A DNA stretch of 64,000 bases, taken from contig NZ_JBEBMH010000002.1 of assembly GCF_040081985.1 (NCBI RefSeq), positions 1 to 64,000 on the forward strand, in the 5' to 3' direction. The notes below the pieces were generated by a model. The model saw only the letters and a list, made by a program, of their open reading frames with translations. It made no database searches and was not told the DNA's origin. This DNA comes from Mesorhizobium yinganensis (GTDB lineage: Bacteria > Pseudomonadota > Alphaproteobacteria > Rhizobiales > Rhizobiaceae). Of this stretch, positions 28,387-37,427 are shown one piece after another. The position numbers and the translations under genes are program-made. The first letter of the stretch is position 1. The number at the start of each line of letters is the position of its first letter.

Positions 28387-29337
28387 CTAGCCGAACACCA
28401 TTTGCAGCACCGCCATCCATGCCGTCATGGTGACGGCGGCGAGCGCGGTGGCGATGGTCATCTGGTTGGAGGCCAGCGCCTGGCCGGTGCCGAACTGCAT
28501 AGCGATCAGGTACGAATTGATGCCGGACGGCAGCGCCGCGGCGGCAACTGCGATCTTGGCGGTCAGCGGCGGCAGGCCGGCCAGCCAGACAAATGCGAGG
28601 GCCGCCGCCGGCATCAGGACCAATTTGAGCGCCGAGAGCGCCAGCGCCGGCCTGACGTTGCCGGAAATGCCGAATTTATTCAGCCCCAGCCCCATGGCGA
28701 AAAGCGCCAGCGGCGCTGCGATGCCCGCCAGCGCGTCGACAAAACGCATCGCAAGGGCCGGCATGTCGAGGCCGGTCAGCCGCCACAGAAGCCCGCCGAA
28801 AATGCCGAGGATGAGCGGGTTGGTGAAAACCTTTCGCAGGAAATCGCGCAGGATGATCAGCGGATGCATGGGCTCGCCGTCACGCCGGCTGACGAATTGG
28901 AAGACGATGATCGAGGCCATCAACATGGTCGGCAGATGGATCGAGATCAGCAGCGACAGTTCCTCAAAGCCCTGCTGTCCGAACACGCCCAGCGTGAAAG
29001 GGATGCCGAGCAGCACGAGATTGGAAAAAGCCGAGGAGACTCCGCCAACCACGCCGGCCTTGGAATCGCGGCCGAAGACGCGCGTCGTCACCAGGTGGCC
29101 CGCCGTCCAGGCGACGATGACGGCCGAAAAATAGACGCCCCACAGCCCCCATGGCGCCGAGCCGTGAAAATCGGCTGACACCATGGTGCGGAACAGAAGC
29201 AGCGGCAGCGCCACGCCGACGGCGAATTCCGAGAGCGCGTCGCCGGTCTGGATCTTGAGATAGCCGGTGGCGCCGGCAAGGTAGCCCAGCGCCACGAGGC
29301 CGAAGATGAACAGCACGGTTTCGATGAGCGGGGACAT
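28387..29337 (-). CDS. AEC-family (auxin efflux carrier / malate permease-like) transporter
   Basis: An internal ATG gives MSPLIETVLFIFGLVALGYLAG... with about 10 TM helices, typical of the AEC family. Confidence 0.8.
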   Translation of the reverse strand: MSPLIETVLFIFGLVALGYLAGATGYLKIQTGDALSEFAVGVALPLLLFRTMVSADFHGSAPWGLWGVYFSAVIVAWTAGHLVTTRVFGRDSKAGVVGGVSSAFSNLVLLGIPFTLGVFGQQGFEELSLLISIHLPTMLMASIIVFQFVSRRDGEPMHPLIILRDFLRKVFTNPLILGIFGGLLWRLTGLDMPALAMRFVDALAGIAAPLALFAMGLGLNKFGISGNVRPALALSALKLVLMPAAALAFVWLAGLPPLTAKIAVAAAALPSGINSYLIAMQFGTGQALASNQMTIATALAAVTMTAWMAVLQMVFG

Positions 29338-29518
29338 TTTTTCGTGAACGGAGGGCGGAGCGTGGCGCGGAACCGGCCGGGGAAAAAGGCTTTGGCCTTG
29401 ATAGGCGAGGTTTCGGCGCATCGCAACGCCGGGGTCCCGAACAGGCGGGCCGGCCGCGAGCCTTGTTTTTGCAGAGGCTTTGACGTCCCTATATCGGGAA
29501 ACAGGACTGGGAGGATGG

Positions 29519-30070
29519 ATGCTTCGTTTGTTTGCCGCGCTGATGCTATTGCTGTTTGCCGGGCCGGCGGTCGCGACGGAGGCCGGCTGGGCATTGCTGC
29601 GCGAGGGTGGGTATGTTGTGCTGTTGCGTCATGCGATGGCCGGCGGCGGGGCGGAACCCGCCAATTTCGACATCGAGAAATGCGCCACCCAGCGCAATCT
29701 TTCGGAGCGTGGAAAACAGCAGGCGCGAAAAATCGGCGCGCTGTTCGCGGCGCGCGCCGCACCCGTGGAGCGCGTGCTCTCCAGCCGCTACTGCCGCTGC
29801 CTGGACACGGCGCGTCTCGCCTTCGAGGCTGAGCCGGAGATTTTCGAGCCACTCGATCCGCCGAAGCAGGACGAACGGGAAAAGGCGGCGCAACTGAAGG
29901 CGATCATGGATGTGATCACCGGTTTCGCCGGCTCCGACAATCTGGTGATGGTCACCAATGCGGAAGATATTCAGGCACTGGCCGGGGTTTCAGCCAGAGA
30001 GGGCGAGGCGATCATCGTGCGGCCCGATGGCGAGCGCCTGCATGTGCTCGGGCGCATCGTGTTCAACTGA
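29519..30070 (+). CDS. Histidine-phosphatase-superfamily protein (SixA/phosphoglycerate-mutase-like), probably periplasmic
   Basis: Signal-like MLRLFAALMLLLFAGPAVATEA, then the catalytic block VVLLRHAMAG (RHA in place of RHG). An alternative start lies at 29480. Confidence 0.6.
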   Translation: MLRLFAALMLLLFAGPAVATEAGWALLREGGYVVLLRHAMAGGGAEPANFDIEKCATQRNLSERGKQQARKIGALFAARAAPVERVLSSRYCRCLDTARLAFEAEPEIFEPLDPPKQDEREKAAQLKAIMDVITGFAGSDNLVMVTNAEDIQALAGVSAREGEAIIVRPDGERLHVLGRIVFN

Positions 30071-30289
30071 TTGCGCATGAACAGCGCCGGCGGATGTTGC
30101 CGAAATACAACCACCCGAAGAAGCCGTGAAATTGCCACAACAATGCCGCTTGCGACAACCCGTCGCAGGGTCTATAGGCGCGCTCCCGGTCACGAAAGCC
30201 GGAGCGAGCACAACGGCTGGAGCTTTTTGCTCCGCCCGCGCAGGTGGTTCTGCCTCCCTGTGTATGGCGCCGCTTCGGAGGTCGGAAAG

Positions 30290-30363
30290 CGCGGCATAGC
30301 TCAGAGGAAGAGCACCGGACCAAAAGTCCGGGGGTCGGGGGTTCGAGTCCCTTTGCTGCACCA
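30290..30363 (+). tRNA. tRNA gene, isotype unresolved (anticodon loop reads CCAAAAG; C1:A72 mismatch)
   Basis: Canonical D arm (TAGCTCAGAGGAAGAGCA) and T arm (GGGGGTTCGAGTCCCTT). Acceptor pairs cgcggca/tgctgca (6 of 7). Anticodon stem ccgga/tccgg is perfect, but the 7-nt loop CCAAAAG lacks U33 and gives no standard anticodon. The CCA is not cleanly encoded. Confidence 0.45.
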
Positions 30364-30433
30364 CGGATAGCTCAGACGGTAGAGCATCAGACTTGTAATC
30401 TGATTGTCGAAGGTTCGAATCCTTCTCCTTGTT
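30361..30433 (+). tRNA. tRNA-Thr (anticodon UGU) candidate
   Basis: D arm TAGCTCAGACGGTAGAGCA. Anticodon stem tcaga/tctga with loop CTTGTAA (U33, anticodon TGT, A37). T arm gaagg-TTCGAAT-ccttc. The acceptor stem, as read, has two mismatches and its first three nucleotides coincide with the CCA-like end of the upstream tRNA. Confidence 0.55.
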
Positions 30434-30766
30434 GGCCTGAAAAACCAGCAGCACCTTGTCACGGTGTCTATCTGAACGACGGTCCGGGGACTGGAATGCC
30501 GACGATTCGAAGCACGGCTTTGCCCACGGGCAGGACCGGACGGACGATCCGAAGCCGTTGCGTGCGGCCAGATCCGCGGTGACGGCGAAGACGCGCCTTG
30601 ACCGGCAAGGGTGGTTTGGCCGCCCGCGCCCGCCAGGACGCTTCGACGCCCTCTCCCGACGATCCGCCGCGCGCGACGCCACCAGTCCCCGGATCTTTCT
30701 GCCCGGGAACGTGAAACGAGAAAACGAAAGGACTTTCGAAGCATGACCTAGCCATGCCCGACAGGA

Positions 30767-31918
30767 GTGACGAACATGATGACCATTCTCGAAAAGATGC
30801 TTGGACGCCAGCGCGTCCTCGTGAAGGAAAACGAACGCGCCATCGCCCTCTACAAGGGTGAGATCAAGACGATCCTCGAGCCGGGCGAGCATTCGCTGGC
30901 CAACCGGGGCAACCGTCTGGAGATCGCGCGCCACGACCTGAAGAACTCGGAATTCACCTCGCCCTACGAGAAGGCCTTGTTCGAAAAGCTCCCGGACGTG
31001 GCGAAGCGCCACCTGACCGTGTTCCGCACCGGACGCACGGAAGTGGCCGTCGTCGAGCGCGACGGCCAGCTTCACGCCGTGCTCGGCCCGGACCGCAAGC
31101 TGGTGGTCTGGACCGTGACCGGCCCGTGGACGGGCACGATCGTCGAGGTCGGCAACGATCTGGCCGTCGAGCCGGCGCTGATGCGGCGTCTCGGCCAGGC
31201 ACGCAAGACCGAGATGATGACGGTGCATCCGGTGGTGGACGGCCAGGCGGGCCTGCTCTTCGTCGAGGGCGCCTTCGTGAAGGTGCTCGCCGCCGGCGTG
31301 CACGCCTTCTGGAATGTCGGCCGCATGGTGCAGATGAAGGTCGTCGACCTGAAGCGGCAGTCGCTCGACGTGGCCGGCCAGGAGATGCTGACCAGGGATC
31401 GTGTGACGATCCGCGTCAACATCTCGGCCGAATACCGCGTCGTCGACCCGGTCAAGGCGGTGACCGCGGTGAAGGATTTCTCGGAAGCCTTCTACCGCGC
31501 GCTGCAGTATGCGTTCCGCAAGGCGCTCGGCGCGATGACGCTCGACCAGATCCTCGAACAGAAGGTGACGGTGGACGCCGAAGCGGCCGGCAAGGTGCGG
31601 GCCGACATGGCCGAGATCGGTGTCGAGGTGTCCGAGATCACGCTCAAGGATGTGATCCTGCCGGGCGAGATGCGCGACATCCTGAACCGGGTGGTCGCGG
31701 CCGAGAAGCAGGCCGAGGCCAACGTCATCCGCCGACGCGAGGAGACGAACGCGACACGTTCGCTGCTCAACACGGCGAAGGTGATGGCCGAGAACCCGGT
31801 CATGCTGCGCTTGAAGGAGCTCGAGGCGCTGGAGACCATCGCCGGCAAGGTCGAGCGGCTGACCGTGCACAACGGCACAGGCGGGTTGCTCAACGACCTC
31901 GTGAAGCTTCGCGACTGA
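30767..31918 (+). CDS. SPFH/band-7 (stomatin/prohibitin-like) domain protein
   Basis: 383 aa. The SPFH core spans VDLKRQSLDVAGQEMLTRDRVTIRVNISAEYRVVDPVKAV..., with a C-terminal coiled-coil (AEKQAEANVIRRREETNATRSLL). Confidence 0.7.
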   Translation: MTNMMTILEKMLGRQRVLVKENERAIALYKGEIKTILEPGEHSLANRGNRLEIARHDLKNSEFTSPYEKALFEKLPDVAKRHLTVFRTGRTEVAVVERDGQLHAVLGPDRKLVVWTVTGPWTGTIVEVGNDLAVEPALMRRLGQARKTEMMTVHPVVDGQAGLLFVEGAFVKVLAAGVHAFWNVGRMVQMKVVDLKRQSLDVAGQEMLTRDRVTIRVNISAEYRVVDPVKAVTAVKDFSEAFYRALQYAFRKALGAMTLDQILEQKVTVDAEAAGKVRADMAEIGVEVSEITLKDVILPGEMRDILNRVVAAEKQAEANVIRRREETNATRSLLNTAKVMAENPVMLRLKELEALETIAGKVERLTVHNGTGGLLNDLVKLRD

Positions 31919-31924
31919 CCAAGG

Positions 31925-31952
31925 CAGGCCGCCTCGCAAGGGGCGGCCTGTC
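31925..31952. terminator. Hairpin between convergent SPFH gene and small secreted-protein gene
   Basis: ggcaggccgcctcgcaaggggcggcctg: an 8-bp GC stem with no strong U-run. Confidence 0.25.
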
Positions 31953-32004
31953 CTTCGATGCCGAAGCCGGTGGTGACGGTCCCAGTTTGATCCGAACGGT
32001 TTGG

Positions 32005-32364
32005 TCAGCAGGGAACGGCACTGAACGGAAATCGTCCATAATCCTGAACTTCCAGCACAAATCCCTGCGCTGAATAGTTGGTGATACGGATGAAAAGCGC
32101 GCCGGACTCATACTCGTGGCCGCGAAACAGCCGTCCGGCTCCCGACCATCCGTCCGCTTTGATCTGCATGACCCCAATGGTTCGTGAGGAGATCTGGCCC
32201 CACACCTCGAAGGACTCGCCGACACGTTCGGCCTGTAGAATCATTCGTGCAGGGGCGCCGGCAGCGTCGGTTCCTGCAAAGCATCCCTGGGACTGCTGCG
32301 CGGCGGATTCCGTCACGCCTGCCGTCTGCATCACGAAGGCGAGTAGAAATGCGCGATGGATCAT
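32005..32364 (-). CDS. Small hypothetical secreted protein (third gene of uncharacterised operon)
   Basis: Its ATG overlaps the stop of the upstream peptidase gene. Signal peptide MIHRAFLLAFVMQTAGVTESAAQQ. 119 aa. Confidence 0.45.
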   Translation of the reverse strand: MIHRAFLLAFVMQTAGVTESAAQQSQGCFAGTDAAGAPARMILQAERVGESFEVWGQISSRTIGVMQIKADGWSGAGRLFRGHEYESGALFIRITNYSAQGFVLEVQDYGRFPFSAVPC

Positions 32365-32365
32365 G

Positions 32366-33325
32366 TCAGCGATCCTTCAGATCGGCCGGATTGCCGAAGA
32401 TTGCACGCCGCGCGACCAGTTGCTGCATTGCCGGATCGTCGAGATCGGTGGCGAATTGTTCGAGCCGGTTGCCGATAAAGCTAAGCACTTCGGCGCGGGT
32501 AGCGCCCGATTGGCGCTTAGCCTCCAATTGCAGATGCCGGGCAATCGTCAACAGGCGCTGCGAATTCACCGGGTGTGTCGCCTGCTCGCGCTGCCAGACG
32601 GCATAGGCGCGGTCGCTGGGCAGGTCGACGCGGCTGGCATAAAAGGCCACGGTCGCCTGGAAATATAGAATGGCGCCCATCGGGATAGTCTCCGTGCGCT
32701 CTAGCAAATCCAGCGCGAATGCGTCGGCTTGGCGCTCGTTTGCCTGAACCTGCTTAGGGGGAACACTATTACCGGGGTGGCTGTAGTAGACGTGGGCGAG
32801 TTCATGGGCGAGGATAAAGGCCCAGGCCTCGTTGCGCAGGGATGTACCGAGGCCGGCAAGGCGTTGATCCTGATCCCATGCGCCAGGCGGCACGCCAAAT
32901 GTTTTTAGGGGGTCGCTGTAAACCCCGCCCGGCCACTCGGCCTCGGGCTTCCATCGCAACATGGCGAGGTATTCGTCGAAGGGTTCGAGCGTCTGGCCCC
33001 GGCTGTAGCGCCAAGCATAGGCCATGGTCAGGTCTTCGATGAACTTCAGACCGGTCAGAGGCATGATAACCACGCCGTTTTCCGACATGAAGCCCATCGG
33101 GTCACCGTTCGGCGCCACATTGGGGATGGAAATGCTGACACCGGAAAGCCAGCCAGCGTCGGGCGGCAGATAGACAGGCAATGTCAGCACGCGATCGAGA
33201 TCGGTAAGCCTAGCCACCAGCCGCTGCCGTTCCGCGGCCAGCACGGTGCTGTCATACATTTCGGCGCTTGCCTTGCCTTCACCTAGCAGGACCAGCACTA
33301 TGCCGAGTATCGCGAGACGGCGCAT
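32366..33325 (-). CDS. Secreted putative zinc metallopeptidase (HExxH)
   Basis: Signal peptide MRRLAILGIVLVLLGEGKASA. HELAH motif in AFILAHELAHVYYSH. 319 aa. Confidence 0.55.
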   Translation of the reverse strand: MRRLAILGIVLVLLGEGKASAEMYDSTVLAAERQRLVARLTDLDRVLTLPVYLPPDAGWLSGVSISIPNVAPNGDPMGFMSENGVVIMPLTGLKFIEDLTMAYAWRYSRGQTLEPFDEYLAMLRWKPEAEWPGGVYSDPLKTFGVPPGAWDQDQRLAGLGTSLRNEAWAFILAHELAHVYYSHPGNSVPPKQVQANERQADAFALDLLERTETIPMGAILYFQATVAFYASRVDLPSDRAYAVWQREQATHPVNSQRLLTIARHLQLEAKRQSGATRAEVLSFIGNRLEQFATDLDDPAMQQLVARRAIFGNPADLKDR

Positions 33326-33328
33326 GGC

Positions 33329-33940
33329 TCACCCGCTGCCCTCCATGATCGCCAACGCCCTTTCGAACTCCGGACGCCGCGGCCTGTCGGTTTCATTGAG
33401 CCAGATCTCAAATTCCGTAGGATCGCCCCATTCGCTTTGCCAAGCCCGTCCCATCAAGGCGAGTTTCACCGCCCGGAAACGCCTGTTGACCTGATCACGG
33501 TCTGCTTCGGATGCCGCGGCAAGCTGGCGAGCCTCGAGATCCTTCAGGAAAGCCAGAGATTGGCTCAGCTCATCGAAGTTGATCGGCCTTGGTGGCAGCG
33601 GGCCTGTTTCGTCAGGAACAAGTTGTCGCGCTACATCCTGCGTACTCAGGCCGGAATTATTCCCAATCTTTACGGGAAAGGCGTAGGAGGCAACCAACAC
33701 GGCGGTACCGAACAGCGCAAAGAAAGTTCCCGGTCCAACGCGCGAAACGAGCAGCCGACGATCCTTGGAGAGTGAAATCTCGGCACGCCCATCTGATCTC
33801 TGATCAGGAATACTCAGGAAAAGCCGGTATCCGAAATAGATCGCAAGGCCGCCGATAATCACAGCGATAATGCGCTCCATCGAACGAAGAATGAACGGGT
33901 CCACCAAAGCTGCGCCCTCCGCAGCCGCATAGCCAAACAT
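33329..33940 (-). CDS. Hypothetical membrane protein (two predicted TM helices), first gene of the three-gene operon
   Basis: TM1 MERIIAVIIGGLAIYFGYRLFL and TM2 GPGTFFALFGTAVLVASYAF. Charged C-terminal domain. Its stop lies 4 nt before the peptidase start. Confidence 0.45.
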   Translation of the reverse strand: MFGYAAAEGAALVDPFILRSMERIIAVIIGGLAIYFGYRLFLSIPDQRSDGRAEISLSKDRRLLVSRVGPGTFFALFGTAVLVASYAFPVKIGNNSGLSTQDVARQLVPDETGPLPPRPINFDELSQSLAFLKDLEARQLAAASEADRDQVNRRFRAVKLALMGRAWQSEWGDPTEFEIWLNETDRPRRPEFERALAIMEGSG

Positions 33941-34367
33941 TAACTTTAAGCACGCTGTCCATTGTCCGCCCGGCGGAACGATAGATCAGCGAATGAAAAT
34001 GTCTCTTCGCCTTCAGACGCTACACGCAACGTTAGAATAATAGACCAACCGCGATGTTTTTTCTACATGTCAACGGTTGTGTCTTTCCCGTCGCAAAATC
34101 ACAGCGCTTCGATCCTACCCATATGAACCGCATGATTCTCCAACCACTTGCGCAAGACGCAGGTTTCCATTTTTTATGATTATCGAAGACCGGGTCCCGC
34201 CGTGTTTTGTCCGAAAGTCGGGCCAAGAGGCCGGCGATTTCCCCGATGCTCCGGAGCCGTCGCAATTCGCGCCCCCCTTTTCCTTCCCACCAAAACCGAT
34301 TAGACAGCGGCAAACTTGCGTGTGGCGGGCAGCCGCGCGACTCCGCACTCTTTTCAAGGATTTCCCC

Positions 34368-34652
34368 TTGTCCACGACATTCGACAAAGTCGCGAACATC
34401 ATCGCCGAGACCAGCGAGATCGACCGCGACAAGATCACGCCGGAGAGCCACACGATCGACGATCTCGGCATCGACAGCCTGGATTTCCTCGACATCGTCT
34501 TCGCCATCGACAAGGAATTCGGCATCAAGGTGCCGCTTGAGAAGTGGACGCAGGAAGTCAATGACGGCAAGGCTTCGACTGACGACTATTTCGTCATGAA
34601 GAATCTTTGCGCCAAGATCGACGGCCTGGTTGCCGCGAAGGCCGCGGGCTGA
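34368..34652 (+). CDS. acpXL: Specialised acyl carrier protein for lipid-A very-long-chain fatty acid
   Basis: A TTG start after the RBS aagga gives (M)[59 protein letters not shown], the AcpXL sequence, with the DSL phosphopantetheine site. Confidence 0.85.
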   Translation: MSTTFDKVANIIAETSEIDRDKITPESHTIDDLGIDSLDFLDIVFAIDKEFGIKVPLEKWTQEVNDGKASTDDYFVMKNLCAKIDGLVAAKAAG

Positions 34653-34694
34653 GCCGGCCTTGCCCAGCCCAGGATTTCCAGTCGACAGGCTGAC

Positions 34695-35885
34695 ATGAGC
34701 GCGCGCGACGTCGTCATCACCGGCATCGGACTGGTCTCCTGCCTTGGCGAAGGACTGGACGCGCATTGGCGCGCGCTGAACGACGAGGTGGCTGAGCCGA
34801 TCGTCGACGCGGAGCGTTTTCCGCCCTATTCGGTGCACCCGCTGCCGGCGATCGACTGGAACCTGCAGATTCCGAAGCGCGGCGACCAGCGGCAGATGGA
34901 GACCTGGCAGCGGCTGGGCGTCTATGCGGCGGGGCTGGCGCTCGACGACGCCGGGCTGAAGAACGACGAGGCTCTGTGCGCCTCGATGGACATGGTCGTG
35001 GCGGCCGCCGGCGGCGAGCGCGACGAGGCCGTCGATGCCTCGATCCTCGAGGCTTCCGCGACACGCAACGACCGCGAGGTCCTGCTCAATGAAAAGCTGA
35101 CCACGGATCTCCGCCCTACCCTTTTCCTCGCGCAGCTTTCCAACCTGCTCGCCGGCAATATTTCCATCGTCCACAAGGTGACGGGTTCGTCGCGCACCTT
35201 CATGGGCGAGGAAGGGGCCGGTATCGCGGCGGTGGAGACGGCTGTGGCGCGGGTGCGCTCCGGCCAGTCCGATCACATGCTGGTCGGCGGCGACTTCAAT
35301 GCCGAAAACGCCGACATGCTTTTGGGCTACGAACTCGGCGGCTATCTGCATCGGGCACCTTGGAAACCTGTATGGCAGCGCGGCGGCTCGGAAGGCGGCG
35401 GCGTGGTCTCCGGCTCGGGTGGCGTTTTCCTGGTGCTGGAATCGCGCGAACATGCCGAGAGCCGGGGCAAAAAACCCTATGCGACGATCGAAAGCGTGGT
35501 CTCGGCGCGCATCCGGCGTCCGAAGCAGGATTTTCAGGCCGGCATCTCAGAAATGCTGGGACGCTTGAAGGCGCCCGACGGGCAGTTGCTGGCGCTCTCC
35601 GGTGCATCCGGCGCGCACGCCGCGACCGCCGCCGAAAAGGCCGCTTTCGATGCCCTGCCGAATATCGCGCTGCGTGGCTTCGGCACGCGGACGGGCCATA
35701 TGAAGGAAGCGCAGTTCCCCTTCGCGGTGGCGCTTGCCGCGCTCGCCATGCACAAGGGCGCGGCCTATCCGGCCTTCGATGTCTCGATGGAAAGGCCGGC
35801 GGTGGGAATACCGACGCGGGCATTGGCGACCACGGTCGGCTACCATATCTTCGAGGGCGCAGCGCTGATCGCGCCCGCCGACTGA
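34695..35885 (+). CDS. fabF2XL: Beta-ketoacyl-ACP synthase-like protein (FabF2XL-type partner)
   Basis: MSARDVVITGIGLVSCLGEGLDAHW is a KS N-terminus. It has a thiolase fold but lacks a clear Cys-His-His triad, as in chain-length-factor-like FabF2XL. Assignment rests on family knowledge; no database search was run. Confidence 0.7.
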   Translation: MSARDVVITGIGLVSCLGEGLDAHWRALNDEVAEPIVDAERFPPYSVHPLPAIDWNLQIPKRGDQRQMETWQRLGVYAAGLALDDAGLKNDEALCASMDMVVAAAGGERDEAVDASILEASATRNDREVLLNEKLTTDLRPTLFLAQLSNLLAGNISIVHKVTGSSRTFMGEEGAGIAAVETAVARVRSGQSDHMLVGGDFNAENADMLLGYELGGYLHRAPWKPVWQRGGSEGGGVVSGSGGVFLVLESREHAESRGKKPYATIESVVSARIRRPKQDFQAGISEMLGRLKAPDGQLLALSGASGAHAATAAEKAAFDALPNIALRGFGTRTGHMKEAQFPFAVALAALAMHKGAAYPAFDVSMERPAVGIPTRALATTVGYHIFEGAALIAPAD

Positions 35886-35895
35886 GGGTTCAGCC

Positions 35896-37167
35896 ATGAC
35901 CAAGACTACCGATCATCTCGGCAGGCCGCTGGTGGCCGTCACCGGCATTGGCGTCGTGACCTCGCTCGGCGTGGGCAAGACGGACAATTGGGAGGCGCTG
36001 ACCTCCGGCCGCTCCGGCATCCACACGATCACGCGGTTTCCGACCGACCATCTGAAGACGCAGATTGCCGGCACCGTCGATTTCCTGAAGTCGAGCGACA
36101 AGGGCGCCAGCCCGCTGACCTTCGAGCTCGCCGACACCGCCGCGACCGAAGCGGTCGGCCAGTCGGGGCTGAGCCTGGACGATTTCGGCGGCCCACTGTT
36201 TCTGGCCTCGCCGCCGGTCGAGCTCGACTGGAAGGACCGCATGCTGCTTTACCACGACGGCAAGGGCGCGACGGCCAATGAGCGCATCGCCGACGCGGCG
36301 CGGGCGCTGAGGTCGCTGGATATTTTCGACACCACGCAGTTCGGCTCGATCGCCGACCGGCTGTCGGAAAAGTTCGGCGCACGCGGACTGCCGATCACGC
36401 TGTCGACCGCTTGCGCCTCGGGCGCCACCTCCATCCAGCTCGGCGTCGAGGCGATCCGCCGGGGCGAGAGCGACCGCGCGCTTTCGATCGGCGCCGACGG
36501 CTCGGCAACCGCCGAGGCCTTGATCCGCTTCTCGCTGCTGTCGGCGCTGTCGACTCAGAATGACGCTCCGGAAAAGGCATCAAAGCCGTTTTCGAAGGAC
36601 CGTGACGGTTTTGTGCTGGCCGAGGGTTCGGCGGCACTCGTGCTGGAATCGCTGGAAAGCGCATTGGCGCGCGGCGCGAAGGTGCTGGGCATCCTGGCCG
36701 GCTGCGGCGAACGCGCCGACGATTTCCACCGCACTCGCTCAAAACCCGACGGCTCGCCGGCGATTGCAGCGGTTCGTGCAGCCTTAGCCGACTCCGGACT
36801 CAGCGAGGACGGCATCGACTACGTCAACGCCCACGGCACCTCGACGCCCGAAAACGACAAGATGGAGCATCTGTCGCTGTCGACGGTGTTCGGCGAGCGG
36901 ATGAAAAAAATCCCGATCTCGTCCAACAAGTCGATGATCGGCCACACGCTGTCGGCCGCCGGCGCCATCGAGGCGGCGTTCTCGCTGATGACCATGCTGG
37001 AAGGCGTCATTCCGCCGACGATCAACCACGACATACCCGACCCGGCGATCGACCTAGACGTGGTGCCGAACGTCAAGCGTTCGGCCGATGTTTCGACGGT
37101 CATCTCGAACTCGTTCGGCTTCGGCGGGCAGAACACCTGCCTTGTCATGACGCGGGAACCCGTTTAG
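35896..37167 (+). CDS. fabF1XL: Beta-ketoacyl-ACP synthase II (very-long-chain specific)
   Basis: Active-site Cys in LSTACASGATS. His blocks NAHGTSTPEND and IGHTLSAAG. 423 aa. Confidence 0.8.
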   Translation: MTKTTDHLGRPLVAVTGIGVVTSLGVGKTDNWEALTSGRSGIHTITRFPTDHLKTQIAGTVDFLKSSDKGASPLTFELADTAATEAVGQSGLSLDDFGGPLFLASPPVELDWKDRMLLYHDGKGATANERIADAARALRSLDIFDTTQFGSIADRLSEKFGARGLPITLSTACASGATSIQLGVEAIRRGESDRALSIGADGSATAEALIRFSLLSALSTQNDAPEKASKPFSKDRDGFVLAEGSAALVLESLESALARGAKVLGILAGCGERADDFHRTRSKPDGSPAIAAVRAALADSGLSEDGIDYVNAHGTSTPENDKMEHLSLSTVFGERMKKIPISSNKSMIGHTLSAAGAIEAAFSLMTMLEGVIPPTINHDIPDPAIDLDVVPNVKRSADVSTVISNSFGFGGQNTCLVMTREPV

Positions 37168-37189
37168 GCGGAACGCTCACCTTTTATGA

Positions 37190-37385
37190 GCGGTTACTGT
37201 TTGCGCCTCTTCGCACCCCCCTCTGTCCTGCCGGACATCTCCCCCTCAAGGGGGGAGATTGCTCCGACCGCTTGGCTTTCGCCAATCGCCGCCGTCGCAG
37301 GAAGAGCGGCGGAAGCGACACAGCCAATCTCCCCCCTTGAGGGGGAGATGTCCGGCAGGACAGAGGGGGGTGCGACGAGACGTAA
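37190..37385. repeat. RIME/REP-like palindromic intergenic element
   Basis: The arms gcaccccctctgtcctgccggacatctccccctcaaggggggagattg and caatctccccccttgagggggagatgtccggcaggacagaggggggtgc are near-perfect reverse complements (about 48 bp) flanking a 70-bp spacer. Confidence 0.6.
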
Positions 37386-37427
37386 ACTTTCAAGCGGACC
37401 GATCCCCGCCCAAAGGACCATCCAATA

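Noticed and set aside
30440-33945. Possible integrated genomic island or prophage at the tRNA genes
   Set aside because: No integrase, excisionase, phage structural genes or direct repeat of the tRNA 3' end is visible downstream. I retained only a note of lower GC and unusual gene content.
34032-35453. 473-aa minus-strand ORF spanning acpXL and fabF2XL
   Set aside because: Antisense to a conserved, translationally coupled gene cluster, with no motifs.
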